Below, piece after piece: positions 49,067 through 58,154 of a DNA stretch of 64,000 nt. A program made the position numbers and the translations under genes. This DNA comes from an uncultured Clostridia bacterium (GTDB lineage: Bacteria; Bacillota; Clostridia; TANB77; CAG-508): contig CAKOXT010000001.1 in the NCBI GenBank assembly GCA_934130285.1, forward strand, positions 435,232 to 499,231, written 5' to 3'. The notes under the pieces were generated by a model. That model was not told where the DNA came from, made no database searches, and saw only the letters and a list, made by a program, of their open reading frames with translations. Each line of letters begins with the position of its first letter. Position 1 is the first letter of the stretch.

Positions 49067-49127
49067 CTTGAAACACCTCCATATTGTTGATAATTTTAAT
49101 ATTAGCACTTTATGTTAATTAAGTCAA

Positions 49128-49748
49128 TTACTTTCTTACTTTTGTTATGGCTAGGCCATCACCTATTTCCAATATTTCTGATTCACATTTATCATTTTCT
49201 GTAATCTCTTTTATGTATTCTCTTAAATGTCTTACTGCTGTACGTTGCTTATGCGCATTGTAATCACTCATAACATATCCTTTATACAAAATGTTGTCTG
49301 CTAAAATTATTCCACCATCTTTTATTAATCTGATTGCGTTTTCTAAGAATATTGGATATTTTCCTTTTGCAGCATCTATGAACACTATATCATATGTGCT
49401 TGTTAGTGTTGGCAATATATCTACTGCATTTCCAACCATTATATTTATTCTTTTTGCTACTCCTATTTTCTTAATGTTTTCTTCTGCTTCTTTAGCTCTT
49501 TCTTCATCAATTTCTATTGTATCAATTGTGCAATCTTCATCTGTGCTTTTAGCAAACATACTTGCTGAATAACCAACTGCTGTTCCTATTTCTAGAATTC
49601 TTTTTGGCTTTTCTTCTTGAAGGATTTCTTCTATTTTTTCTAAAGTATCATCCATTAATATTGGTATATGATTTTCTAATGCTTTTTCTTTTACTTTTTT
49701 TAACTCTTCTTCGTTAAACATATCTTCTCCTATACTTGAATATTGCAA
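49128..49748 (-). CDS. Class I SAM-dependent O-methyltransferase (TrmR/YrrM-like tRNA 5-hydroxyuridine methyltransferase)
   Basis: ILEIGTAVGYSASMFA (SAM motif I) and FIDAAKGKY...DGGIILADNILYKG, the YrrM/caffeoyl-CoA OMT fold. Size 206 aa. Confidence 0.75.
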   Translation of the reverse strand: MQYSSIGEDMFNEEELKKVKEKALENHIPILMDDTLEKIEEILQEEKPKRILEIGTAVGYSASMFAKSTDEDCTIDTIEIDEERAKEAEENIKKIGVAKRINIMVGNAVDILPTLTSTYDIVFIDAAKGKYPIFLENAIRLIKDGGIILADNILYKGYVMSDYNAHKQRTAVRHLREYIKEITENDKCESEILEIGDGLAITKVRK

Positions 49749-49785
49749 ATAAAAGGGCTTGAGTTTTCAAGCCCTTTTATGTATA

Positions 49786-51612
49786 TTACATATTTTTATT
49801 AGAATTTCTTGCAGCTCTTTCTCTTTCTTTTGAGTCTAATATTTTCTTTCTTAATCTGATATTTTTTGGTGTAACTTCAACTAGTTCATCATCTTGAATG
49901 AATTCAATAGCTTTCTCTAAGCTCATTTGAATTGGTGGAACTAATCTTAATGCATCATCTGATCCAGAAGCTCTTGTATTTGTTAAGTGTTTTTCTTTAC
50001 ATACGTTTATTGCTAAGTCTTCTGATCTTGAGTTAATTCCAACTATCATTCCTTCATATACTTCTACACCAGGTCCTATGAATAAGTCACCTTTATCTTG
50101 TGCATTGTATAATCCATAAGTAATTGATTTTCCAGCTTCAAATGCGATTATTGTTCCTCTAACTCTGGCAACAACTTCTCCCTTGTATGGTTCGTATGAA
50201 TCAAATATTGAGTTCATTGTTCCATTTCCTTTTGTGTCTGTTAAGAATTCTGTTCTATATCCAATTAATCCTCTTGCTGGAATCTTGAATTCAACTTTAG
50301 TATGTCCTGCTTCTGCTGGTTCCATATTAACCATTTCAGCTTTTCTTCTACCTAGTTTTTCAATTACTGTTCCTATGCAATCATCTGGTACATTTACAAC
50401 TAATCTTTCGATTGGTTCGCATTTTACACCATCGATTTCTTTTATGATAACTTTTGGTCTTGATACTAATAATTCAAAACCTTCTCTTCTCATTGTTTCT
50501 ATTAATACAGATAAGTGAAGTTCTCCTCTTCCTGATACTTCAAATGAATCTGGTGAATCTGTTTCAGCTACTCTTAATGAAACATTTCTATCTAATTCTT
50601 TAAATAATCTATCTCTTATATGTCTTGATGTAATAAATTGTCCTTCTCTACCAGCTAAAGGTCCATTGTTTACACTAAATGTCATAGATACTGTAGGTTC
50701 ATCTATATCTACAAATGGTATTTTTTCTGGATGTTCATAATCACAGATTGTATCTCCGATATTTATATCTGCAATACCTGACATACAGATGATATCTCCT
50801 GCACCAGCTTCTTCAACTTCAATTCTTTTTAATCCGTCATATGTATATAATTTTGCAACTCTTGCTGATTCTGTTTTATCATCTTTTTTACAAATTGTAA
50901 CTGGCATTCCTAATTTTACAATTCCTCTTTCAACTCTACCAACAGCTATTCTTCCAATATAGTCATCATAGTCTATGTTTGATACTAACATTTGCATTGG
51001 TCCATCTTGGTCGCATGCTGGAGCTTTGATTGTGTTTACTATTGTTTCAAATAAGCATTCTAGATTTTCTCCTGGTTTGCTTAAATCCATTGTTGCAGTT
51101 CCTTGTTTTCCAGAAGCGTATATTACTGGGAAATCTAATTGATCATCATTTGCATCTAATTCAATAAATAAATCTAATACTTCGTCTACAACTTTTTCTG
51201 GTCTTGCACCAGGTCTATCAATTTTATTTATAACTACTATTGGTTTTAAATTTAATGCTAATGATTTCTTTAAAACTTCTCTTGTTTGTGGCATTGCACC
51301 TTCAAAAGCATCAACTAATAATACAACTCCATCAACCATTTTCAATACACGCTCAACTTCTCCTCCGAAATCAGCATGTCCTGGTGTGTCAACTATATTA
51401 ATTTTAAAGTCTTTATAGTGAACTGCTGTGTTTTTTGAAAGAATTGTTATTCCTCTTTCTTTTTCTAGATCATTTGAATCCATTACTCTTTCAGCCACTT
51501 GTTCATTTGCTCTGAATATACCACTTTGTCTAAGCATTGCGTCTACTAGTGTTGTTTTACCGTGGTCAACGTGAGCTATTATTGCTACGTTTCTTATTTT
51601 CTCGTTATTCAT
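49786..51612 (-). CDS. typA: Translational GTPase TypA/BipA (start reassigned to MNNEKIRNVAIIAHVDHGKTT)
   Basis: G-domain AHVDHGKTT and DTPGHADF. About 608 aa. aaggaag RBS lies upstream of the ATG at 51612. Confidence 0.9.
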   Translation of the reverse strand: MNNEKIRNVAIIAHVDHGKTTLVDAMLRQSGIFRANEQVAERVMDSNDLEKERGITILSKNTAVHYKDFKINIVDTPGHADFGGEVERVLKMVDGVVLLVDAFEGAMPQTREVLKKSLALNLKPIVVINKIDRPGARPEKVVDEVLDLFIELDANDDQLDFPVIYASGKQGTATMDLSKPGENLECLFETIVNTIKAPACDQDGPMQMLVSNIDYDDYIGRIAVGRVERGIVKLGMPVTICKKDDKTESARVAKLYTYDGLKRIEVEEAGAGDIICMSGIADINIGDTICDYEHPEKIPFVDIDEPTVSMTFSVNNGPLAGREGQFITSRHIRDRLFKELDRNVSLRVAETDSPDSFEVSGRGELHLSVLIETMRREGFELLVSRPKVIIKEIDGVKCEPIERLVVNVPDDCIGTVIEKLGRRKAEMVNMEPAEAGHTKVEFKIPARGLIGYRTEFLTDTKGNGTMNSIFDSYEPYKGEVVARVRGTIIAFEAGKSITYGLYNAQDKGDLFIGPGVEVYEGMIVGINSRSEDLAINVCKEKHLTNTRASGSDDALRLVPPIQMSLEKAIEFIQDDELVEVTPKNIRLRKKILDSKERERAARNSNKNM

Positions 51613-51717
51613 TTTATTTCTTCCTTTCTCATTTTTCATCAAGTTTATATGAACTTGTTATTATTCTTAACACGTACTTAGGGCGTAGAATCTACGCCCC
51701 ATATAAATTTCTCAAAT

Positions 51718-51746
51718 ATTATATTACTTTTCATTAATTTTGTCAA
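51718..51746 (-). promoter_or_regulatory. Perfect-consensus sigma-A promoter for typA (TTGACA-17-TATAAT)
   Basis: Minus-strand sequence ttgacaaaattaatgaaaagtaatataat. The 5' UTR contains the GC hairpin ggggcgtagattctacgccc. Confidence 0.5.
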
Positions 51747-53557
51747 TCTGTATATACTATTACTGTTTTATTATATTTTAATGTTAGTTCAGTTGATGAA
51801 AGTCCACTATATACCCATGCATTTTCTAGTGTTATCTGCTTATTATCTTTATTATAAATTGCATCTAAGTTATAAATTCCTCCACTTCCATTTCCATTTC
51901 TTTGGAATGTCATTGTTCTCTTTTCACCTGTTTCGCTATTCTCTAGTTCTAAAACAACTTTATTTACATTTTCAAGTTCTAGTTCTTTTAATTCACCTGT
52001 TGTCGTATCTCTTGTCATAATTGAGTGAGAATTGTCTGCATCTGTCATAGCGTCTTGGTTTATTTTTATTGATTCTGCTATTGCCTTAAATGCATTTATT
52101 AATTCTGTGGCATTATCTGCTGTATATGCACCTTTTATGTTTTCTTTAAAGTACTGTGGAAATGATTTTGCTTCTTTTCCAAGTCCAACAGCGTATACGT
52201 CTGTTGGATGGTCTCCTTTAACAATTTGCATTATATTTTTAGCAACATTACCAATACTAGTTGTTGTATTCGTACATGGCCACCAATAAGCGTTTGAGTC
52301 ACCATCTGTCATAATAATTACATCTGTTGGCATATTTGCATCAGTTGTTTGAATATAATTATATGCATAATTCAAAGCGTTTGGTGCACAAGTACTATAA
52401 TTTAATGATGCTGGTGTTATTCCTGAATACAATCTTGAATATTGACTATTAGCAAGCCTACAATTTATTTGATAGGTTCCTCTTGAAGAAATAGAAAAAT
52501 AGTCATCTATTCTTAAATCACTGTTTGTATATGATATAGCTCTCCAGCCATATCGGTTTTCATAACTTTTGTATGTATCTATTATTGTTTTGACCATATT
52601 TGTATACTGTGCTTCTGAAAAAATAGTGCTATATAATGATTTAGCTTCATCTTTATTGGTACATGTTCCTAGTTCTCGAATTCCGCTGTCATTTGCTCCA
52701 TAAAAAGTTATAATTGTAACTTTCCTATCCGTTGATGGAGTGTTTCCAAAATATGTATCCATAAATTGGTCCATTGCTGTTACTGTTGAGTACCATCTTG
52801 TTTGTTGGTATCCCGCTGTATAATTTATTGATCCGTCACTATTATAACAAATAGGAATATCTTCATCTTTATCAGCTACATTGGCTACTGCTGGATCATT
52901 TGGATCGTTACATAAAGCCATTGAAACCGTTCTGTCTATTACCATTACTACTTCATGCGATTGTACTACTTCTTTTGGGTTTACTGATAATTTTATTAAT
53001 TGTGATTCGAATTCAGATGTATTTTTCTTTTTATCAGCTCCACCAAAATTTGATAGTTTGCCATATGTCTTTTGATTTTTTAGATATGCTGCATTTAAAT
53101 CCACATCTACAACATATATTCCTTTATCCTGCAAATCAGATAATTCTTTATATTTGAAGTTTGTTAGTTTCTCTTCGTTCTCATATTCTTTTGCTTTTAA
53201 TCCTAAGGTATCAGCTACTGAAATGTCGGGGTTTTCAAAATTTACATAGTACAAATACTTGTCATCATCTTCACTGTCACTTTTGGCTCCAGTTAATGTA
53301 ATCTTTTTAAGAATCCCTTCTGATACTAAATCATCCAATGACTTTTTTGATGATGAATAAGCATTATTACTTTTTAATGTATATGCTTTAATACTATCAT
53401 CTAAAGCTTGGACTTTATTCATATATTTTCCTGTTCTCATTCCAGAAAAAATTCCGTTTTCCCCTAATGTAAATGTTATTGTAACTGTTGATAACACTAT
53501 CATTACTAGTATTGTAATTACTAGTGCTATTAAAGTTATTCCTCTTTGGTTTCTCAT
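51743..53557 (-). CDS. Modular prepilin-like protein carrying a von Willebrand factor A (vWA) domain
   Basis: N-terminus MRNQRGITLIALVITILVMIVLSTV is an atypical class III-like segment. The vWA MIDAS region is VVMVIDRTVSM (DxTxS) and the beta4 strand VIIMTDGDSN. There is no LPXTG. Size 604 aa. Confidence 0.55.
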   Translation of the reverse strand: MRNQRGITLIALVITILVMIVLSTVTITFTLGENGIFSGMRTGKYMNKVQALDDSIKAYTLKSNNAYSSSKKSLDDLVSEGILKKITLTGAKSDSEDDDKYLYYVNFENPDISVADTLGLKAKEYENEEKLTNFKYKELSDLQDKGIYVVDVDLNAAYLKNQKTYGKLSNFGGADKKKNTSEFESQLIKLSVNPKEVVQSHEVVMVIDRTVSMALCNDPNDPAVANVADKDEDIPICYNSDGSINYTAGYQQTRWYSTVTAMDQFMDTYFGNTPSTDRKVTIITFYGANDSGIRELGTCTNKDEAKSLYSTIFSEAQYTNMVKTIIDTYKSYENRYGWRAISYTNSDLRIDDYFSISSRGTYQINCRLANSQYSRLYSGITPASLNYSTCAPNALNYAYNYIQTTDANMPTDVIIMTDGDSNAYWWPCTNTTTSIGNVAKNIMQIVKGDHPTDVYAVGLGKEAKSFPQYFKENIKGAYTADNATELINAFKAIAESIKINQDAMTDADNSHSIMTRDTTTGELKELELENVNKVVLELENSETGEKRTMTFQRNGNGSGGIYNLDAIYNKDNKQITLENAWVYSGLSSTELTLKYNKTVIVYTD

Positions 53558-53660
53558 ATTTTATCTCCTTTTAGCATATATATATTTATTATAATTATAA
53601 TTATTTTTCTTTTCAATATATCTTTAACAATTGTAATAAATTTATTATATAGGGGGTTTT

Positions 53661-55505
53661 ATGTGCGGTTTTTGTGGAATTGTAAATTATGAGAAAAATA
53701 TTTCAAATGATTATCCAATTATTCGAAATATGACAAATACTCTTTCTTCTCGTGGGCCTGATGAAGATGGTTTGTATTTTGATACTAATGTTAATTTTGG
53801 TCATAAAAGATTAATTGTTATTGATGCTGAAAATGGTAGACAACCAATGAGTTTCAATTTTCAAGATAATATCTACACAATTGTATATAATGGTCAAATT
53901 TATAACACAGATGAACTGAGGAAAAAATTATTAAAAGAGGGGTTTTCTTTTAAAGGTCATTCTGATACTGAAATTTTATTAAAATCTTATATTCATTTTG
54001 GTTATGATGTTGTTAAAAATCTTAATGGGATTTTTTCTTTTGCTATATGGGATTCTAAAAAAAGGGAACTATTCATGGCTCGTGATCATTTTGGAATTAA
54101 GCCTTTCTTTTACACTTTTAAAAATAATAATTTTATTTTTGGTTCAGAAATAAAAGCTTTGTTAGAACATCCAGAAATCTCTGCTAATGTTGATGCTGAT
54201 GGAATTTGTGAACTTTTTGGAATAGGTCCTGCGCACACACCTGGTCTTACTCCATTTAAAAATATTTTCGAATTGAAACCTGGATATTATGCTGTTTTTG
54301 ATGTTAATGGTTTTAAAATGGATCAATATTTTAAATTAGTTTCTGCTCCTCACACAGATAATTTTAGTGAAACATGCGAAAAAATCAATTTTTATTTAAA
54401 TGATTCTATTAATAAACAACTCGTTTCTGATGTACCTCTTGGTATGATGCTGTCTGGTGGATTAGACTCTAGTATTATTACAGCTTATGCTAGTCATAAT
54501 TTTAAAGATTGCCCTGAAAAATTCAGAACATTTTCTGTTGATTATTTGGATAATGACATTAATTTTAAGAAAAATGATTTCCAACCAAATTCGGATAATG
54601 AATTTATTGACATTATGGTAAAACATTTTAATTGTAACCATTCTCGCATCATTTTAGATACTCCTGAATTAGCTAAATCTCTATTAAATTCTATGGTTGC
54701 ACGTGATATGCCTGGAATGGCTGATGTGGACTCTTCTTTTTATTTGTTCTGTAAAGAAATTAAAAAGGATGTTAGTGTTGTTTTATCTGGCGAGTGTTCT
54801 GACGAAATTTTTGCTGGTTATCCATGGTTTTTCAGAGAAGACGCATTGAGCAGTAACACATTTCCTTGGTCTATTGCTATTTCTGAAAGACAAAAATTAT
54901 TAAATCCTTCTTTGGCTACTAAAATTGATTTAAAAGAATATGTTGATTGTCGATATAATCAAGCTCTAAATCAAATTGATTTTATAGAATCTGATTCTGC
55001 CGATACTACTGAAAAGCGAAAAATTTCTTATTTAACATTAAATTGGTGGATGCAAACATTATTAGATAGATCTGATAGAATGTCTATGGCTTCTGGACTA
55101 GAGGTTAGAGTACCTTTTTGCGATTATAGATTGGTTCAATACATGTGGAATGTTCCATGGGAAATGAAAGCTCTAGATGGCAGAGAAAAAGGTCTGCTTA
55201 GATATGTAGTTAAAGATTTATTGCCAAAAGAAATTGTAGAAAGGAAAAAAAGTCCATATCCTAAAACATTCAATCCGACTTATTTGCGAGCTGTTAAATC
55301 TATGTTACAAAATATCCTTAATAATCCTAATGCACCTATTAAACAAGTATTAAATGAAAACTATATTAGAGAAATATTAGAAACTAATGGCAGCGCTTTT
55401 TCTAGGCCATGGTTTGGTCAATTAATGACAGGTCCTCAACTCATTGCTTATTTGTGTCAAGTAAACATGTGGCTTGAAAGATATCATCCTAATATAGAAA
55501 TATAA
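53661..55505 (+). CDS. asnB: Asparagine synthase (glutamine-hydrolysing)
   Basis: Starts MCGFCGI (Ntn Cys2). It has a class II glutamine amidotransferase domain and an AsnB synthetase domain (SGGLDSS). Size 614 aa. Confidence 0.85.
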   Translation: MCGFCGIVNYEKNISNDYPIIRNMTNTLSSRGPDEDGLYFDTNVNFGHKRLIVIDAENGRQPMSFNFQDNIYTIVYNGQIYNTDELRKKLLKEGFSFKGHSDTEILLKSYIHFGYDVVKNLNGIFSFAIWDSKKRELFMARDHFGIKPFFYTFKNNNFIFGSEIKALLEHPEISANVDADGICELFGIGPAHTPGLTPFKNIFELKPGYYAVFDVNGFKMDQYFKLVSAPHTDNFSETCEKINFYLNDSINKQLVSDVPLGMMLSGGLDSSIITAYASHNFKDCPEKFRTFSVDYLDNDINFKKNDFQPNSDNEFIDIMVKHFNCNHSRIILDTPELAKSLLNSMVARDMPGMADVDSSFYLFCKEIKKDVSVVLSGECSDEIFAGYPWFFREDALSSNTFPWSIAISERQKLLNPSLATKIDLKEYVDCRYNQALNQIDFIESDSADTTEKRKISYLTLNWWMQTLLDRSDRMSMASGLEVRVPFCDYRLVQYMWNVPWEMKALDGREKGLLRYVVKDLLPKEIVERKKSPYPKTFNPTYLRAVKSMLQNILNNPNAPIKQVLNENYIREILETNGSAFSRPWFGQLMTGPQLIAYLCQVNMWLERYHPNIEI

Positions 55506-55657
55506 TTCATACGAATATTCAAATTTTAAACAAATTAAACTTTAGTAGAAATAATATTTGATTTTTATAATATCATTTATGCAATTTATAATTAGATACG
55601 TTTCTAAAAATCAAATATTATTCCAATAAATCTTCTGCCGCATAGAAGAAATCCGAA

Positions 55658-55775
55658 AAAATCAAAGATTTTTTCAGTAAATTTGTTCGTGTGCGAAAAT
55701 TTATGAAATAAATTTTCTGTGCAGTGTAGTTTTATATATTAGGAAAGTTTCATAACTTTCCTAATATATAAAAAA
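55658..55775. repeat. 118-bp intergenic repeat, copy B (one mismatch relative to copy A at 4818..4935)
   Basis: Same sequence as copy A except T to G at the position ...ttttttcaGtaaatttg. It is immediately followed by a distinct terminator hairpin. Confidence 0.6.
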
Positions 55776-55808
55776 CGGCGTAATTATAAATAATCTACGC
55801 CGTTTTTA
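55775..55808 (+). terminator. Rho-independent (bidirectional) terminator
   Basis: acggcgta-attataaataatc-tacgccgt followed by ttttt. Confidence 0.5.
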
Positions 55809-56006
55809 TTATTTAATTATTACTTTTTCTATTAATTCTATTATCTTATCAATTGGTAAATATATTATTAAAAAACTTAATAGTTCAAATATTGTTGCTA
55901 GTAATATTGCCCATATATCTATATCATTTTTTCTAGATATCACAATACTCATTGCTAATGCTGTTACACAAATTATTCCTATTAATTTTAATATAAACAT
56001 CTCCAT
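55809..56006 (-). CDS. Hypothetical small two-TM membrane protein (65 aa)
   Basis: Hydrophobic ORF at the end of the sortase-containing gene string. Weak support. Confidence 0.3.
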   Translation of the reverse strand: MEMFILKLIGIICVTALAMSIVISRKNDIDIWAILLATIFELLSFLIIYLPIDKIIELIEKVIIK

Positions 56007-56070
56007 ATTATCCCCTCTTTTTCTTCTTAATTGTATAACTATGTTTGATACATCCTGGGAGTAATTTTAT

Positions 56071-56925
56071 TTACGCTTTTTTGTGGCTGTGATTATGATA
56101 TTGTAATCCGTGTACTAAACTTCCTACTAATATTAAAACTAAACCTATTGCTAAATATATGTAGCTGTATGTTGCAATTTTCTCCATTATGCTTAATACA
56201 TATTCTCTTAAAAGAAGCGTTATTGCGTCATTTAATATAGTTAGATTTTCAATTTGCACTTTTTGTGTTATATAATTTTCCATTATATAATATGCTAATC
56301 CTGTAGCAAATACTGCAGTTCCAACATATGCAACATTTTTAAATAATTTTCTAAAATATGTTACTATTATGATTATACCCAATATTGCAGCCAAGATAAT
56401 TGAAGTTTTCTTTCCAATATCAATCATTTTTTCTGCCTTTGAATAATATTTATATATCTGATTTTCATATTCTGTTTTCGTCATTGTTTCTTTATATTGT
56501 GTTGTTATTTGATCAACAAATATATTTATTTGTTCACGTGTTTTATTGTCTATTTTTCTACCATTTAAACTTGTATCTATGTTTGAATTTAGTCTCTCAG
56601 CAATTTTATCTGTATTTATTTCTTCATGTAGACCATTATATAAACCTGATACTATCCTTTGTGTATCAGCCTTCACTTCATCAAGGGTTATAATGTCATC
56701 TATGACATTTTCATCTAATCCTGACTGATATATATAATTTCTAAAATCTGATTTTATTTGTGAATAAATATTTGCATAATAATTTGATTTATCTAGCATC
56801 TCTAATGTGTACTCTTGACTAAATATTGTTTTTGATAATATGTTTAGTATTCCAAAAGTAAAAATACATACAAAAAGTAATGCTACTAGTATGATTTTAA
56901 TTATTGTTTCTATAACTTTGTTCAC
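56071..56925 (-). CDS. Hypothetical membrane protein (284 aa; N-terminal TM, soluble middle domain, three C-terminal TMs)
   Basis: Its start is 16 nt downstream of the sortase stop, consistent with co-transcription. No family recognised. Confidence 0.4.
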   Translation of the reverse strand: MNKVIETIIKIILVALLFVCIFTFGILNILSKTIFSQEYTLEMLDKSNYYANIYSQIKSDFRNYIYQSGLDENVIDDIITLDEVKADTQRIVSGLYNGLHEEINTDKIAERLNSNIDTSLNGRKIDNKTREQINIFVDQITTQYKETMTKTEYENQIYKYYSKAEKMIDIGKKTSIILAAILGIIIIVTYFRKLFKNVAYVGTAVFATGLAYYIMENYITQKVQIENLTILNDAITLLLREYVLSIMEKIATYSYIYLAIGLVLILVGSLVHGLQYHNHSHKKA

Positions 56926-56940
56926 GATTTTTATCTCCTT

Positions 56941-57546
56941 TTAAACCGGTTTTGCATAAACTACATATCTTTGTGTTGCATATCCTATATTGTTAAATGG
57001 ATAGCATGTATAACACATTAATATTTCTTCATCTTTTTGAATTGGTAATGCTGCCAAATCAGTTTCATCAACTAGTTTCATATCATAAATTTTGTATTTA
57101 AACTCACCGTATGCTGCTTTTATTGTTATTTCATCACCTTTTGAAAGTTCTGAAAATCTACGAAATACATTTTGTGAATTATGCCCCATATAAATTATTG
57201 AGCCCCCCTCTCCAGGAAAAAAGCTTGCACTGTCATGTCCAACACCATTTTTTAATACATCTAATGTGCTACCAAAGTACACTGGTAAATCTACATTTAT
57301 TTTTGGTATTTCGATGGTTGCATATTGAGTTCCATATTCAGGATAGTTTTGAATTTTATTTGTGTCTAAATCAATTGACATTACTTCATTCTTTTTACTA
57401 CTTGTATCTACTGCAATTTTATTTATCAAAGAAATGTTCAATTCAATTTTTCGCCCTAAAAACACATATATTAATCCAAAAAAAGCTATTACAATTAAAA
57501 AAGCAACTATTATGTTTTTAATAGTTGCTTTAATTGCATATTTCAT
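56941..57546 (-). CDS. Sortase (cysteine transpeptidase), N-terminally membrane-anchored
   Basis: Catalytic-His region IYMGHNSQNVFRRFSELSKGDEITIKAAYGEFKYKIYDM aligns with SrtA IAGHTF...F..L..KGSMVYFKV...YKM. The Cys motif is ILMCYTCYPF (TLxTC-like) and the Arg is in ATQRYVVYA. Size 201 aa. Confidence 0.7.
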   Translation of the reverse strand: MKYAIKATIKNIIVAFLIVIAFFGLIYVFLGRKIELNISLINKIAVDTSSKKNEVMSIDLDTNKIQNYPEYGTQYATIEIPKINVDLPVYFGSTLDVLKNGVGHDSASFFPGEGGSIIYMGHNSQNVFRRFSELSKGDEITIKAAYGEFKYKIYDMKLVDETDLAALPIQKDEEILMCYTCYPFNNIGYATQRYVVYAKPV

Positions 57547-57559
57547 TTATTATCCTTAA

Positions 57560-58084
57560 TTATTCTGCAGTAGCAGCTATTCTTTTTTTGATTATAACAG
57601 CAGCTAAGGCGATTGCTGCAACTGATGAAACAGTTATAGCTACTATGTTTAATGAATTTCCTGTATAAGCTAATTTTCCATCATGATTTGTTACTACCAT
57701 TAATTTTTTTCCATTTTTCCAAATTTCTACACCCTGTGCTTTGAAAACTAATGAAACTCCAACTTCGCTAGCAGCAGAATTTGCAATTGATTTTAATTGA
57801 TCTTTTTGGGCTGTTGTTAAATCACTGTAATTTGTTTTTCCAGCAGCTGTCATAACTGCTTCTGCTTCTTTAGCTTTTTCAACTAATTTTGTTGCTTGAG
57901 CTTCTGTTATTTCATTTCTGTCTATAAAATTTTGTAATTGTTGTTTGTCATTTTCTGTCATTCCATATTTTGATCCTATTGTATAAATTTCATTAACTGA
58001 ATCTGCTGTTGTTGCATTTACGCTAACAGCTAACATCCCCATTAGTACAACTGCTAATGTTGCTATCACAAATAATTTTTTCAT
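57560..58084 (-). CDS. Small cell-wall-anchored sortase substrate (LAYTG sorting signal)
   Basis: Sec signal peptide (MKKLFVIATLAVVLMGMLAVSVNA). The C-terminus reads ...KLAYTGNSLNIVAITVSSVAAIALAAVIIKKRIAATAE: LAxTG motif, hydrophobic span and a basic tail. Confidence 0.65.
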   Translation of the reverse strand: MKKLFVIATLAVVLMGMLAVSVNATTADSVNEIYTIGSKYGMTENDKQQLQNFIDRNEITEAQATKLVEKAKEAEAVMTAAGKTNYSDLTTAQKDQLKSIANSAASEVGVSLVFKAQGVEIWKNGKKLMVVTNHDGKLAYTGNSLNIVAITVSSVAAIALAAVIIKKRIAATAE

Positions 58085-58154
58085 TTTAAGTTCCTCCTAA
58101 TCTATTAATATAGTATTTATACCACTAATTTATTTTTTTAACAATACTTTTTAA

